Source of the DNA: a virus
Direction: 5' to 3' (one strand)
DNA length: 64,000 nucleotides
Virus record (IMG/VR): IMGVR_UViG_3300049259_000288
Coordinates: 1-64,000 of that record
Positions 9,182-17,973 of the stretch are shown here, piece by piece (positions within the stretch are counted from its first letter, which is position 1; every line of letters begins with the position of its first letter). The notes under the pieces were generated by a model. That model was not told where the DNA came from and ran no database searches. It saw nothing but the letters and a program-made list of their open reading frames with translations. Both the position numbers and the translations under genes were made by a program.

Positions 9182-9572
9182 CCGTCCGCACCTGTTCTTC
9201 TACCGCGTGCGCAACTACTGGTACGGGCGGAAGAAGCGGTGCGACTACTGCGGGCGCCGGAAGCACTGGAACGACGCGTGGCACTCGTACCCGTCGGGTG
9301 ATCGCGTCTGGCACAGCGAGTGCATGGCCTACACCACCTGGCGCGGCAAGGCCCTCGAGCGCATCAAGGTGCTCGACCTCATCTGCGAGGTCTGGGGGAT
9401 CACCATGAGAGACGTCACCGAGCTGGCCAGCGGGCGCGCCGCCCAGGGCCCGGCGGACGGCCCCGAGACCCCCAGCAGCGCCACCTCCGACGCCTGGAAC
9501 ATGGCCTGGCGCGTCATGTACGACCTCGACAACCATCGGAAGGCAGGACACGAGGTCGTGCGCGGTGCCTGA
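9150..9572 (+). CDS. hypothetical Zn-binding protein
   Basis: AGGAGG RBS; CDYC...HSEC. Confidence 0.6.
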   Translation: MRSGKRSSRSSRPHLFFYRVRNYWYGRKKRCDYCGRRKHWNDAWHSYPSGDRVWHSECMAYTTWRGKALERIKVLDLICEVWGITMRDVTELASGRAAQGPADGPETPSSATSDAWNMAWRVMYDLDNHRKAGHEVVRGA

Positions 9573-9738
9573 GACCGACGACGGCCCCCGACTCGTCGGC
9601 GAGATCGGGGGCGGTCGGATCGTCCATCCCCTCCGCGTCGTCACCTTCGAGCACGTCCTCGAGCTCTGGTGGGGCTTCGCCGGCGGCGAGAAGCCCGTCG
9701 CCAAGCCCGAGACGTGGTGGAGTGTCCAGGGTGGATGA
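9565..9738 (+). CDS. hypothetical protein
   Basis: Fills the gap with overlaps on both sides. Confidence 0.4.
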   Translation: MPETDDGPRLVGEIGGGRIVHPLRVVTFEHVLELWWGFAGGEKPVAKPETWWSVQGG

Positions 9739-9982
9739 CGACCACGAGACCGAGGTGCTCGCCGTCGAGGCGGGCTGCACCCTCTGTCACGGGGCCGAAT
9801 CGGCGTGGGTGGCGTCCAACGCCATGGCCGTCGCCGCCCAGCACGCGCGGCGCTACGGCCACCCGACGTGGGTGCGCCAGACCATCGAAGTGCACTACGG
9901 CGCGTCCCCGCCGAAGCAGAAGGAGCACCTCCCGGGCTTCGAGCCCGTCCCGGCCGCCGGGACAGCATCCGTCACACCCTGA
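9731..9982 (+). CDS. hypothetical Zn-binding protein
   Basis: CxxC...HxxxxGH. Confidence 0.55.
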   Translation: MDDDHETEVLAVEAGCTLCHGAESAWVASNAMAVAAQHARRYGHPTWVRQTIEVHYGASPPKQKEHLPGFEPVPAAGTASVTP

Positions 9983-10025
9983 GTGATCGCCCCTACGCTG
10001 GCCGGATGCTCAGCCGGAACGCCGC

Positions 10026-10712
10026 GTGACCTACGTCGAGGAGGACGAGGAGGCTGGCCAGCCCAGCGAGCGCCGGTCCGACCTCTCGGTGGTGCTGCCG
10101 TCGGGGTCCTCGCAGCCGGTGATGACCTTCTCCGAGCGCGACCACCTCGAGATGCTCGTGGCGATGTACCACGAGCACAACCAGCTGACGAACATCGCCG
10201 ACCTCGCTGAGCTCGACCGGCTCCTGCTGCTCGAGCTCCTGGTCCACCGCCTCGGGATCTGGCTCGGCAAGGGCCGGGACTACCAGGGCGAGGAGGTCAA
10301 CGACGCCAAGCTCCGGGCCCAGCTCGACAGCCACTCCACCGAGATCCGGCTGATCAAGAAGACCCTGGGCCTCGACCGGCCGGCCCGGGAGCGCGCCAAG
10401 GGCGAGGGCTCGGTGGCGCACTACTGGGAGCAGTTGCGGGTGCGTGCCCTGGCGTTCGGCGTGAACCGGGACATGCAGGCGGCCAAGTCGATCGAGCTCG
10501 CCATGCAGCTGATCTCGCTCATCCAGGTGCACGACAACTGCGGGTCCGAGAAGGAGCGGGAGGATCTCCACTGCACCATGAAGGAGAACATCCAGTGGAT
10601 CAGGGACGTCTACATCCCCGAGTTCATGGCGATCGACGAGAAGTTCCGGAGCGTCGGCCACGACCCAGAGCATCCCGAGATGGCGCAGAAATATTGGATC
10701 CGTTCGCAATGA
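10026..10712 (+). CDS. probable terminase small subunit
   Basis: Helical protein (LTNIADLAELDRLL...IKKTLGLD) two genes upstream of TerL. Confidence 0.5.
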   Translation: MTYVEEDEEAGQPSERRSDLSVVLPSGSSQPVMTFSERDHLEMLVAMYHEHNQLTNIADLAELDRLLLLELLVHRLGIWLGKGRDYQGEEVNDAKLRAQLDSHSTEIRLIKKTLGLDRPARERAKGEGSVAHYWEQLRVRALAFGVNRDMQAAKSIELAMQLISLIQVHDNCGSEKEREDLHCTMKENIQWIRDVYIPEFMAIDEKFRSVGHDPEHPEMAQKYWIRSQ

Positions 10713-10719
10713 GCGCGCG

Positions 10720-11301
10720 ATGACCGACGTCGCCATGCCCGTCACCACCCGCCGCCCCCAGGACCGCCCGCGCTCCTGGCCCGACCGGCTGGCCCAGATC
10801 CGCTCCGAGTACCCCTCGACGATGGACGACCGGGCCACCGTCCGAGAGGCGCTGGCGGACTACGACCTCGTGGGCCGGATCATGCGCGACATCCTGCGCA
10901 TCGGCTGGGAAGCCCCCACCCGCGGCCAGCGGGCCCCGCTCGAGTGGAACGACGGCAGCGCCCGGCTCCGGGCCCTCGAGTCCCAGCGGACCGGCCAGGC
11001 CACCACCAAGCCCTTCGCCGAGGCGTTCCGTGAGCTCGCCGCCGGCATCACCCTCGACGCCCTCGCCGACGCTCTCGCGATGAGTCGCTCCCAGGTCCAT
11101 CGCCTGCTGCGCGATGAGATCCCAGCCACGCCGCCGGAGATCGTGAAGGTGGCCGTCTACTTCGACAAGCCGCCGACCTACTTCCACGAGTACCGGCTGC
11201 ACCTGATCTGCGCGTCGATCGCCGAACAGCTCAGCGCCGTGCCCGAGCGGTCGATCGACGTCGCCGTGCGCCTCGGCGTCCACCCTGTCAGCGACGACTG
11301 A
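10720..11301 (+). CDS. XRE-like helix-turn-helix DNA-binding protein
   Basis: ITLDALADALAMSRSQVHRLLR...IVKVAVYFDKPPTYF. Confidence 0.75.
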   Translation: MTDVAMPVTTRRPQDRPRSWPDRLAQIRSEYPSTMDDRATVREALADYDLVGRIMRDILRIGWEAPTRGQRAPLEWNDGSARLRALESQRTGQATTKPFAEAFRELAAGITLDALADALAMSRSQVHRLLRDEIPATPPEIVKVAVYFDKPPTYFHEYRLHLICASIAEQLSAVPERSIDVAVRLGVHPVSDD

Positions 11302-11332
11302 CCGCCCGCCCAGCGCGGGACAGTAGGTAGCG

Positions 11333-13159
11333 ATGGCCGTACTCGAAGCCGACATCGAACTCGAAGAAGCGGCCGCCCCACGGTTCTACGAGCCGCTGGA
11401 GGACGACGAGGCGTGTCTCTACGCCATCATGACCGACGAGTCGGGCATCGACCCGGCCGAGTTCCTCTGGACCGACGAGCGCAACCCCGACGGCTGCTGG
11501 CGCGCCTGGCCGTTCCAGTGGATGTGGTGGCGCCATCGCGCCATGAAGCAGATCGACCAGGCCGGCCGGTCGATCGGCAAGACCGAGTCGATCATCGCCA
11601 GGTGCTGCGTCTTCCCCTTCATCCACCCGCGCCAGGAGATGGTGCTCACCGCGCCCCAGGGGATCCACCTCGACGCCCTGACCGAGCGCATCGAGGCCAC
11701 CTTCAACAACGTCCGGATCCTTGACGAGATGACCCTCGGCGGCCGCGGCGGCGTGAAGCACCGCCCGTTCCTGATCTCGTTCATCAACGGCGCCCACATC
11801 ATGGGCCGCATCCCCCAGCTGTCCGGCGCCGGCGTGAAGGGCACGCACCCCGTCTGGCTCGAGCAGGACGAGGCCCAGGACTACCCCGAGAAGGGCTGGA
11901 AGGAGATCATCGAGACCCTCGACCGTCGCGTCGAGGGCGCCGAGTGGCGGGTGCACGGCGTGCCCCGCGGCATCCCCGACAAGTTCCAGGAGTACATCAA
12001 CAGCGACGACTGGGCGCACAACCGCTACACCGCCGTGCACAAGCCCTCGTGGTCCGACGAGGAGCGCCAGCAGAAGATCGCCGAGTACGGCACCAGCGAG
12101 GACGACCCGGAGTACCGGCGCAACGTCTACGGCGAGCTCGGCGACTCCACCAACCGCATCTTCGTGCTCGAGCGGTTCATGCGCTGCACGGACTCCGTCG
12201 AGGCGAGCGCTTACAACAACGAGGAGTACTTCCTCCGCAAGATCAGCGCCGAGAACGTCGAGCGCCTGGCGCGCGACGCCGGCGAGCTCGTAGAGGGCGC
12301 CACCGACGAGCACACGGCGGCGATGATGACGCTGCTCGACTTCCCCGTGGCGCACACCAGCAACTACCAGACCTTCTGGTGCGGCATGGACGTCGGCCTC
12401 ACCTCGGACCCGTCGGAGATCCTCGTCTTCGCCGAGTACCGGCCCAGCACGAAGGAGCTCAAGCTCGACGCCGCTGAGTTCCGCGCCGTGCCCAAGGACG
12501 GGGTGACGCGCCTCAAGCTCCTGACGCGGATCCAGCTCCAGCGCATCCCGGACCCGCTCCAGGAAGAAGTGATCATGGCGGTGGTCGACTTCTACAAGCC
12601 CAAGGCGTTCAGCCTCGACAAGACCGGCATCGGCGCCAACCTGCTGCAGGGTCTGCAGTCGCGCGCGCTCAAGTCGCGGTTCCAGGTGATCCCCGACGCC
12701 GAGAAGATCGACCAGGAGCGTGTCGACGACGCGCGCAAGACGCTCACGGCCATCAAGGGCTACGGCTACTCCGAGAAGATCGTCGTCGAGATCAACGAGG
12801 CCGAGGCCGAGCGTCTCCCGCCAGGCCTTTCCCTGCAGGAGATCGCCGAAAAGGCAGGCATCAAGCGCAACGTCAAGGAGTACGCCACCGACAAGCTGCG
12901 CGAGCTCGTCGACACCCAGCGCCTGCTGCTGCCGTGGGACAAGGACCTGATCAACCAGTGGAACGGCCAGACCTGGCAGTTCAGCAACGCCGGCACCGAC
13001 GCCTATGGCAACCGCGCGAAGTCCTACAGCCAGGGGATCTTCCACACGCTTGACGCCGGTCGCATGGCCGCCCTCGGCTACTTTCAGGCACCGATCGAAG
13101 CGATGCTGCTCGCTCCGCCGGAGCGCCGGCGTCCCGTCCTCGCCCAGTTCCTCAGCTAG
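11333..13159 (+). CDS. terminase large subunit
   Basis: Walker A GRSIGKT, Walker B WLEQDEAQD, RNase H-like GMDVG, DKTGIG, HTLDA. Confidence 0.9.
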   Translation: MAVLEADIELEEAAAPRFYEPLEDDEACLYAIMTDESGIDPAEFLWTDERNPDGCWRAWPFQWMWWRHRAMKQIDQAGRSIGKTESIIARCCVFPFIHPRQEMVLTAPQGIHLDALTERIEATFNNVRILDEMTLGGRGGVKHRPFLISFINGAHIMGRIPQLSGAGVKGTHPVWLEQDEAQDYPEKGWKEIIETLDRRVEGAEWRVHGVPRGIPDKFQEYINSDDWAHNRYTAVHKPSWSDEERQQKIAEYGTSEDDPEYRRNVYGELGDSTNRIFVLERFMRCTDSVEASAYNNEEYFLRKISAENVERLARDAGELVEGATDEHTAAMMTLLDFPVAHTSNYQTFWCGMDVGLTSDPSEILVFAEYRPSTKELKLDAAEFRAVPKDGVTRLKLLTRIQLQRIPDPLQEEVIMAVVDFYKPKAFSLDKTGIGANLLQGLQSRALKSRFQVIPDAEKIDQERVDDARKTLTAIKGYGYSEKIVVEINEAEAERLPPGLSLQEIAEKAGIKRNVKEYATDKLRELVDTQRLLLPWDKDLINQWNGQTWQFSNAGTDAYGNRAKSYSQGIFHTLDAGRMAALGYFQAPIEAMLLAPPERRRPVLAQFLS

Positions 13160-13166
13160 GAGGCCC

Positions 13167-13469
13167 ATGACCACCGACCACATCTACGCCCCGTTCACCG
13201 CGGAGCAGGTCACCACGCTGAACCACTACCAGCACAGCGGCCACTTCCATCCGTTCACCTGCGGGCGCTGCCGCGACAAGCTCGGCACCGGCGCGTGGCC
13301 GCACCAGCCATACCAGGGACCGCACGACGACCGCCTGCTCGTGGCCACGCTCAACGGCTGGATCTGCCCGACATGCGATTACACCCAAGACTGGGCGCAC
13401 GCCTTCATGGCGGCCGCCGACGCTCCGTGGATGCAGCCGGGCTACGCGGGACCGCTCGGTGTCCGCTGA
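13167..13469 (+). CDS. hypothetical Zn-binding protein
   Basis: GGAGG RBS; HPFTC..C, CPTCDYTQ. Confidence 0.7.
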   Translation: MTTDHIYAPFTAEQVTTLNHYQHSGHFHPFTCGRCRDKLGTGAWPHQPYQGPHDDRLLVATLNGWICPTCDYTQDWAHAFMAAADAPWMQPGYAGPLGVR

Positions 13470-13779
13470 GAGCGACATCGCACTCGCGCAGTCGGGCACC
13501 TGGTGGGACGTGCGGAACTGGCCGCGGTACCGCAGCGACCCCTTCCCGCACGAGACCGTGACCGAGAGCGGGCTCAAGATGCTCCTCGACCTCGCGCGGG
13601 ACGGCGATGATCTCTGCGATATCACCACCCAGATGCGCCACTACGACCTGCGGAAAGGCTCGGAGGTGCGCGACGCCGTGTGCATGATGCCCAAGGGCCA
13701 CGACACACCGCACCTTCCCCAGGACGTGGCCACCCTCGACGGTGTCGGTCGCATGATCGTGCGAAGCGTGAGTTCCTGA
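13459..13779 (+). CDS. hypothetical protein
   Basis: Overlapping ORF. Confidence 0.55.
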   Translation: MSAESDIALAQSGTWWDVRNWPRYRSDPFPHETVTESGLKMLLDLARDGDDLCDITTQMRHYDLRKGSEVRDAVCMMPKGHDTPHLPQDVATLDGVGRMIVRSVSS

Positions 13780-14054
13780 TGGTCGCTCCGCGCGCTGAGA
13801 CGATCTTCGACTGGAACCGCCACGTTGTGGTCGGCGTCGTGCTGCGGTGTCCCGAGTGCTCGGGCGTCCTCGCGAACCCGCTGCGCGTCGAGACGATCGC
13901 CGACTACGTGGGCGTCGGGGGCATCGCGGTCCCCGAGCTCGTGCGCAACGCCGGCGCGCTCGGCTTCATCCTGCGGTGCGACGTGTGCGGCTTCCGTGTC
14001 GAGATGCACGGCGACCGGCTGCCCACCGTCGCGATGCTCAAGGACTTCCGCTGA
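13779..14054 (+). CDS. Zn-finger protein
   Basis: TGATG overlap; CPEC...CDVC. Confidence 0.6.
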   Translation: MVAPRAETIFDWNRHVVVGVVLRCPECSGVLANPLRVETIADYVGVGGIAVPELVRNAGALGFILRCDVCGFRVEMHGDRLPTVAMLKDFR

Positions 14055-14326
14055 TGGTCCGCGTCGAGACCGTTGGCTCGGTGTGGCTGATCGACGAGAC
14101 CGAGGGTCGCTACTGCCGCTTCCCGCTCGAGGAGAAGCCGCGCGAGCGGGCCGAGTGGGGCGACGAGCGCGCCGGTGACCTGCAGGACCTCGTATGGCAC
14201 GACTTCGCCGGTCAGTGGCGCATCGACGACTACACCGGCCGGCTCTTCATCGAGACGCGTTGGAGCGAGGACGAGGGCTGGTGGGTGGTCACGGCCCCCC
14301 GTGCCCGCGTGGTCAGCGAGACGTGA
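14054..14326 (+). CDS. hypothetical protein
   Basis: TGATG overlap. Confidence 0.6.
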   Translation: MVRVETVGSVWLIDETEGRYCRFPLEEKPRERAEWGDERAGDLQDLVWHDFAGQWRIDDYTGRLFIETRWSEDEGWWVVTAPRARVVSET

Positions 14327-15045
14327 GCGAGGACCTCTGGGCGCAGCGCGACGACCCGCGCGTGCGCGAGCGGCTGATCCTGCAGTACCAGCCGCTCGTC
14401 GAGCGTGTCGCCGGCGGCATGTCGACCGGCCTGCCGGCGAGCGTCGATCGAGCCGACCTCGTCGCCGACGGCATCTTCGGTCTGATCGAGGCGGTCGAGT
14501 CCTTCGATCCCTCCGTCGGCGCGCAGTTCGAGTCCTTCGCGATGCGTCGCATCCGTGGCGCCATCCTGGATGCGCTGCGCTCGATCGACTGGGCTCCCCG
14601 GACGATCAGGATGAACGCGCGCCAGCTCGAGCGCGTGCGCAGCGACCTGCAGGCCGAGCTCAATCGCACGCCGACCGAGGCCGAGATCGGCGCCGAGATG
14701 GGCATGAGCGAGGAGTCCGTGGCGCGCCTGATGGGCGAGGTCAACGTGGCTCAGGTGGGTCGCTTCGACGCCGAACTCGAGCAGTGGCACGGCTACGTGT
14801 CCCGCAGCGACAACCCCGGCGCTCCGGAGTTCCGGCTGTTCGACCCCGAGCGCCTGGCCGACCTGCTGGCCGACGCCATCGTCGAGCTCACGGGCCGGGA
14901 GCGCGTGGTCTTCACGCTGTACTACGTGGAGGAGGTCACCTTCAAGGAGATCGGCGAGCTCCTCGGCGTGTCGAAGGTGCGCGTCAGCCAGCTGCGCGAC
15001 GACGCCATGCTGCGCGTCAAGGAACACCTGGCGAAGGCGTCATGA
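14323..15045 (+). CDS. RNA polymerase sigma factor, FliA/WhiG (sigma-28) family
   Basis: RERLILQYQPLV, DLVADGIFGLIEAV, RIRGAILDALRSIDWAPRTIR, PTEAEIG, region 4 TFKEIGELLGVSKVRVSQL. Confidence 0.93.
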   Translation: MSEDLWAQRDDPRVRERLILQYQPLVERVAGGMSTGLPASVDRADLVADGIFGLIEAVESFDPSVGAQFESFAMRRIRGAILDALRSIDWAPRTIRMNARQLERVRSDLQAELNRTPTEAEIGAEMGMSEESVARLMGEVNVAQVGRFDAELEQWHGYVSRSDNPGAPEFRLFDPERLADLLADAIVELTGRERVVFTLYYVEEVTFKEIGELLGVSKVRVSQLRDDAMLRVKEHLAKAS

Positions 15046-15170
15046 ACACGATCGAGAAGGCCATCTACACCGCCGACCGCGTGCTCACCGACAGGTTCCG
15101 CATCTGGTGGCGGCGGCGCCACGGCATCTACACCATCGGTCGATGGAAGTACCCGTGGCGATCCTCGTGA
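15042..15170 (+). CDS. small basic hypothetical protein
   Basis: ATGA overlap with the sigma stop. Confidence 0.45.
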   Translation: MNTIEKAIYTADRVLTDRFRIWWRRRHGIYTIGRWKYPWRSS

Positions 15171-15186
15171 CGATCGCATAGACGCC

Positions 15187-15262
15187 TGGCTCGGGGAGCA
15201 CGGTTCGAACGTGCATCGTCCTGATCCAAAGTCAGGCGTCTTTCCGCTTAGACCACCCCCGA
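15187..15262 (-). tRNA. tRNA-Gln(TTG)
   Basis: Cloverleaf; loop CT-TTG-GA; encoded CCA. Confidence 0.9.
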
Positions 15263-15277
15263 ACGAAGAACCAGCAA

Positions 15278-15299
15278 GGGGGTCCCTTTCGGGACCCCC
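15278..15299 (-). terminator. GC-rich hairpin, possible terminator or processing signal
   Basis: GGGGGTCCC-GAAA-GGGACCCCC followed by TTGCTGGTTCTT on the minus strand. Confidence 0.5.
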
Positions 15300-15351
15300 A
15301 GGCCGGGATAGAGCACCGCCTCGCGGCGGGGGCTTCGTAGCGCAGGTGATC

Positions 15352-15900
15352 CTACGCGACGGCGCCGGCGACGTTGTCGATGGGGAGGTACGGGGCCCAC
15401 GTCGGGTTGGCCTCGCGGATCCCCATGAGCAACCAGTACGTGCCCGTCGGGACGTAGGGCTTGAACGCGAGAACCCAGTCCATCTCGGCCAGCGTGTGAG
15501 CGGCCTTCCGCGCGTTGCACGGACGGCACGCGGCCACGACGTTGGTCCAGGTGTGCCGGCCACCCCGCGACCGCGGGTGAACATGGTCGACGGTGGTGCC
15601 GCGCCGCGGCGCCCACTGCCGTTCCCCGCGGTGGTTCTCGGGGATGCAGTAGGCGCACCGGTGCTCGTCACGCCGCAGGACCGCGGCGTTCGACAGCGCG
15701 ATGCGCGCGGTGTACGGCACCTGCACGTACTTCCGCAGGCGGATCACCTCGGGCACGGGCACCGAGGCGCGTGCTGAGTGGTAGGCGTCGTCACCGGCCT
15801 CGAGCACCTCGGCCTTCTCGGCCATGACGAGCACGACGGCCCGGCGGGTGTCGATGATCCGAAGCGGGGTGTAGTCAGCATTGATCAGCAGGGCCGCCAT
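15352..15900 (-). CDS. HNH endonuclease
   Basis: LLINADYTPL, RRDEHRCAYC, TVDHVHPRSRGG..W.NVVAAC..CN..K. Confidence 0.9.
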   Translation of the reverse strand: MAALLINADYTPLRIIDTRRAVVLVMAEKAEVLEAGDDAYHSARASVPVPEVIRLRKYVQVPYTARIALSNAAVLRRDEHRCAYCIPENHRGERQWAPRRGTTVDHVHPRSRGGRHTWTNVVAACRPCNARKAAHTLAEMDWVLAFKPYVPTGTYWLLMGIREANPTWAPYLPIDNVAGAVA

Positions 15901-15916
15901 CTGCGTCTCCTTTCCT

Positions 15917-16648
15917 TCATCGTTGGCGCGCCCTTGTTTGCGCATCCAGTCGTTGTTGTCGTTGGACCGGGTCGGCCCAAACCTTCCGCTGTGCCTCGGC
16001 CATGCGCGCGCGGGTCTCCTCGCTCACGACCCGCGCGGTGTTCATCTGCGCGATGGCTTCCCGCTGCGTCTCGGTGCGCTCGTAGCGCCCGACGCCAGGC
16101 GAGGGTCCGTTCCTGGCGTAGGTTGCACGCAGGGACGCAGCGATCTTGGACCGGGTCTCATCTGAGAGCCGTCGCCCGGTGTTCGACCTGGCGATCTTCG
16201 CGATGACTTCGGGCGCTCGTGGGCGGTCTTTGAGCGTCGCGCGTATCTTTTCGCGAACCACCGTGGGCATGGGCCCCTTGGGCTTGCCCCTTTGCCAGGC
16301 TGACATCTTCGCCTTTGTTGACACGGAGTGGTGATGGCCTGTCAGACCTTCGCCGCCATCCGTGTGATTCGTGAGTCGGGCTACAGCGCGGTAGTGCTGG
16401 ATCCAGTGGCGTTCGCGAGCGGCCCAGTCCTCGCGACCGTCTACGACCTCCACGAGCTGGATGATCGGCGGCGAGTTGTCTGCGAGACATCTTCTGATCC
16501 ACCGATCACGATGGGTGGAGGTTCGACCGGATCGCGCAGACCAAAGGTGGTAGGCGAGCCGGTCGCCCAGTGGCTTGACGGTCTTTCCGACGTACCGGAT
16601 TTCGTTGGAACGCTGGTCGATGAGCACATAGATGGACGTGGGTTGCAC
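15917..16648 (-). CDS. GIY-YIG homing endonuclease with NUMOD3-like repeats
   Basis: IYVLID...IRYVGKT, ERHWI, NHTDGGEG, HS..TKAKMS and LSDETRSKIA repeats. Confidence 0.85.
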   Translation of the reverse strand: MQPTSIYVLIDQRSNEIRYVGKTVKPLGDRLAYHLWSARSGRTSTHRDRWIRRCLADNSPPIIQLVEVVDGREDWAARERHWIQHYRAVARLTNHTDGGEGLTGHHHSVSTKAKMSAWQRGKPKGPMPTVVREKIRATLKDRPRAPEVIAKIARSNTGRRLSDETRSKIAASLRATYARNGPSPGVGRYERTETQREAIAQMNTARVVSEETRARMAEAQRKVWADPVQRQQRLDAQTRARQR

Positions 16649-16656
16649 GATCTCCG

Positions 16657-16678
16657 ACAGTAAACGGAGGGTGTGACG
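16657..16678 (-). promoter_or_regulatory. YGTCAC-N10-TANNNT promoter
   Basis: CGTCAC-N10-TACTGT, 8 nt before GTG 16648. Confidence 0.55.
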
Positions 16679-16683
16679 GAAAG

Positions 16684-16755
16684 CTCCGGGACGAGGACTT
16701 GAACCCCGTATTCGAGGTCCAGAACCTCGCGTGTTGCCGATTACACCATCCCGGA
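16684..16755 (-). tRNA. tRNA-Gln(CTG)
   Basis: Loop TT-CTG-GA. Confidence 0.9.
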
Positions 16756-16762
16756 ATGATGG

Positions 16763-16837
16763 TGGTCGGGAACCGGGGAGTCGAACCCCGCGCCTTCTGC
16801 CCCCCAGGCAGACGTGCTACCGCTGCACCAGTTCCCG
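16763..16837 (-). tRNA. tRNA-Pro(GGG)
   Basis: Loop CT-GGG-GG; CCA. Confidence 0.9.
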
Positions 16838-16844
16838 TTGTCGA

Positions 16845-16919
16845 TGGTCAGGGTGACACGAGTCGAACGTGCATCCTCCTGCCCCCAAAGCAGGCGCGCG
16901 GCCTTTGCGCTACACCCTG
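16845..16919 (-). tRNA. tRNA-Pro(TGG)
   Basis: Loop TT-TGG-GG; CCA. Confidence 0.9.
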
Positions 16920-16924
16920 TTGCG

Positions 16925-16999
16925 TCTAGCTGGGGAGATTTGAACTCCCGACCTCCTCGTCCCGAACGAGGCGCGCTGACCAAGCTGCGCTACAGCTAG
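16925..16999 (-). tRNA. tRNA-Pro(CGG)
   Basis: Loop TT-CGG-GA. Confidence 0.9.
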
Positions 17000-17000
17000 T

Positions 17001-17075
17001 TGGCGTCCCCGGCACGACTCGAACGTGCGCGCTGCGATTTAGAAGATCGCGGCTCTGCCGCTGAGCTACGGGGAC
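17001..17075 (-). tRNA. tRNA-Arg(TCT)
   Basis: Loop CT-TCT-AA; CCA. Confidence 0.9.
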
Positions 17076-17080
17076 TCGCG

Positions 17081-17153
17081 AGCCGGTGACAGGAGTCGAA
17101 CCTGCGCGTTCCGCATTACGAGGGCGGTGCTCAGCCACCCGAGCATCACCGGC
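17081..17153 (-). tRNA. tRNA-Thr(CGT)
   Basis: Loop CT-CGT-AA. Confidence 0.85.
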
Positions 17154-17198
17154 GAGAACTACTAAATCGCGAAGAACTAGTAGAGAACTAGTAGTTGG

Positions 17199-17274
17199 TG
17201 GTACCCGCGGCGCGAGTCGAACGCGCAAACACCTGATCTTGAGTCAGGCGGCTCGCCGGATGGCCTACGCGGGC
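17199..17274 (-). tRNA. tRNA-Leu(CAA), short variable loop
   Basis: Loop CT-CAA-GA; CCA. Confidence 0.85.
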
Positions 17275-17279
17275 TTGCG

Positions 17280-17354
17280 TGTCCACGACAGGCGTCGAAC
17301 CTGCACGTTACGACGGTCTGAACGTCGCTCCTCTGCCAGTTGGGATACGTGGAC
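17280..17354 (-). tRNA. tRNA-Leu(CAG), short variable loop
   Basis: Loop TT-CAG-AC. Confidence 0.85.
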
Positions 17355-17355
17355 G

Positions 17356-17432
17356 TGGTACTCGGGATGGGATTTGAACCCACACGCACCACGCTCTCGA
17401 CGTGGCGGCTTTGCCGATTTGCCTACCCGAGC
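17356..17432 (-). tRNA. tRNA-Leu(GAG), short variable loop, C33
   Basis: Loop TC-GAG-AG; CCA. Confidence 0.85.
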
Positions 17433-17439
17433 TTGGTGC

Positions 17440-17513
17440 TGGTGGACCCGACGGGAGTTGAACCCGCAATCGTCTCCTTGCAGGGGAGGTGCTAGCCGTT
17501 CAGCTTCGAGCCC
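17440..17513 (-). tRNA. tRNA-Ala(TGC), C33
   Basis: G3:U70, A73; loop CC-TGC-AA; CCA. Confidence 0.8.
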
Positions 17514-17521
17514 GAGATGGT

Positions 17522-17606
17522 TGGTGCGGCTGCCCACGCTCGTCAGCGCGAAGCATCACGGCAGGGGCTCTCCCGATGCGCTCGGGCGCCTTTCTCAGCC
17601 GCACCA
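17522..17606 (-). ncRNA. structured non-tRNA element in the tRNA array
   Basis: 11-bp terminal stem TGGTGCGGCTG/CAGCCGCACCA enclosing internal hairpins. Confidence 0.45.
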
Positions 17607-17607
17607 G

Positions 17608-17679
17608 TGGAGCCACGGAGAATCGAACTCCGACCTTCGCCATGCCATGGCGGCGTGCTGCCACTATCACTATGGCCCC
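17608..17679 (-). tRNA. tRNA-Ala(GGC)
   Basis: G3:U70; loop AT-GGC-AT. Confidence 0.88.
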
Positions 17680-17689
17680 GTAGAACGTG

Positions 17690-17732
17690 CTCGGCCCGGC
17701 TACGGATCCCTTGGGATTCCGACCGGGCCGAG
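17690..17732. other. strong spacer hairpin
   Basis: CTCGGCCCGG...CCGGGCCGAG. Confidence 0.6.
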
Positions 17733-17748
17733 ACGCTTCTCTCGCAAA

Positions 17749-17827
17749 TGGTGGCAGGGAGAGGATTTGAACCTCCGACCTCCGGGTTATGGGCCCGGCG
17801 AGCACATCCAGGCTGCTCCACCCTGCG
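17749..17827 (-). tRNA. initiator tRNA-fMet(CAT), C33
   Basis: 1:72 mismatch; three G-C pairs in the anticodon stem; loop CC-CAT-AA. Confidence 0.88.
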
Positions 17828-17838
17828 TCGCTCTTGAG

Positions 17839-17867
17839 ACGATACGCCTTGGCGCCGGCGTCGTCCA
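17839..17867 (-). promoter_or_regulatory. internal housekeeping-sigma promoter in the tRNA array
   Basis: TGGACG-N17-TATCGT just upstream of tRNA-fMet. Confidence 0.55.
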
Positions 17868-17872
17868 GTGTT

Positions 17873-17946
17873 TGGTACCGGTGCTCGGAGTCGAACCGAA
17901 GTCCGCGCGGGTATGGGCCGCACGTCGCACGCCTGTCATCACCGGC
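17873..17946 (-). tRNA. tRNA-Met/Ile2(CAT), weak D stem, C33
   Basis: Loop CC-CAT-AC; T-arm and CCA intact; D stem mismatched. Confidence 0.7.
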
Positions 17947-17947
17947 A

Positions 17948-17973
17948 TGAACCTTCTCGTCGATGTCGCCGAT
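17948..17973 (+). promoter_or_regulatory. sigma-28-type late promoter
   Basis: TGAA-N16-GCCGAT, GTG 9 nt downstream. Confidence 0.8.

Noticed and set aside
17440-17513. tmRNA or tRNA-Cys(GCA)
   Set aside because: Only 74 nt with no tag ORF; stem register gives anticodon TGC and G3:U70 indicates Ala
17522-17606. Active hammerhead or HDV-like (theta) ribozyme
   Set aside because: CTGACGA and GAAA are present, but the G10.1-C11.1 pair and the NUH cleavage triplet are missing, and end-to-end pairing does not fit HDV topology
17690-17732. SRP RNA
   Set aside because: Simple hairpin lacking the SRP helix 8 CAGG/AGCA internal loop and GNRA tetraloop
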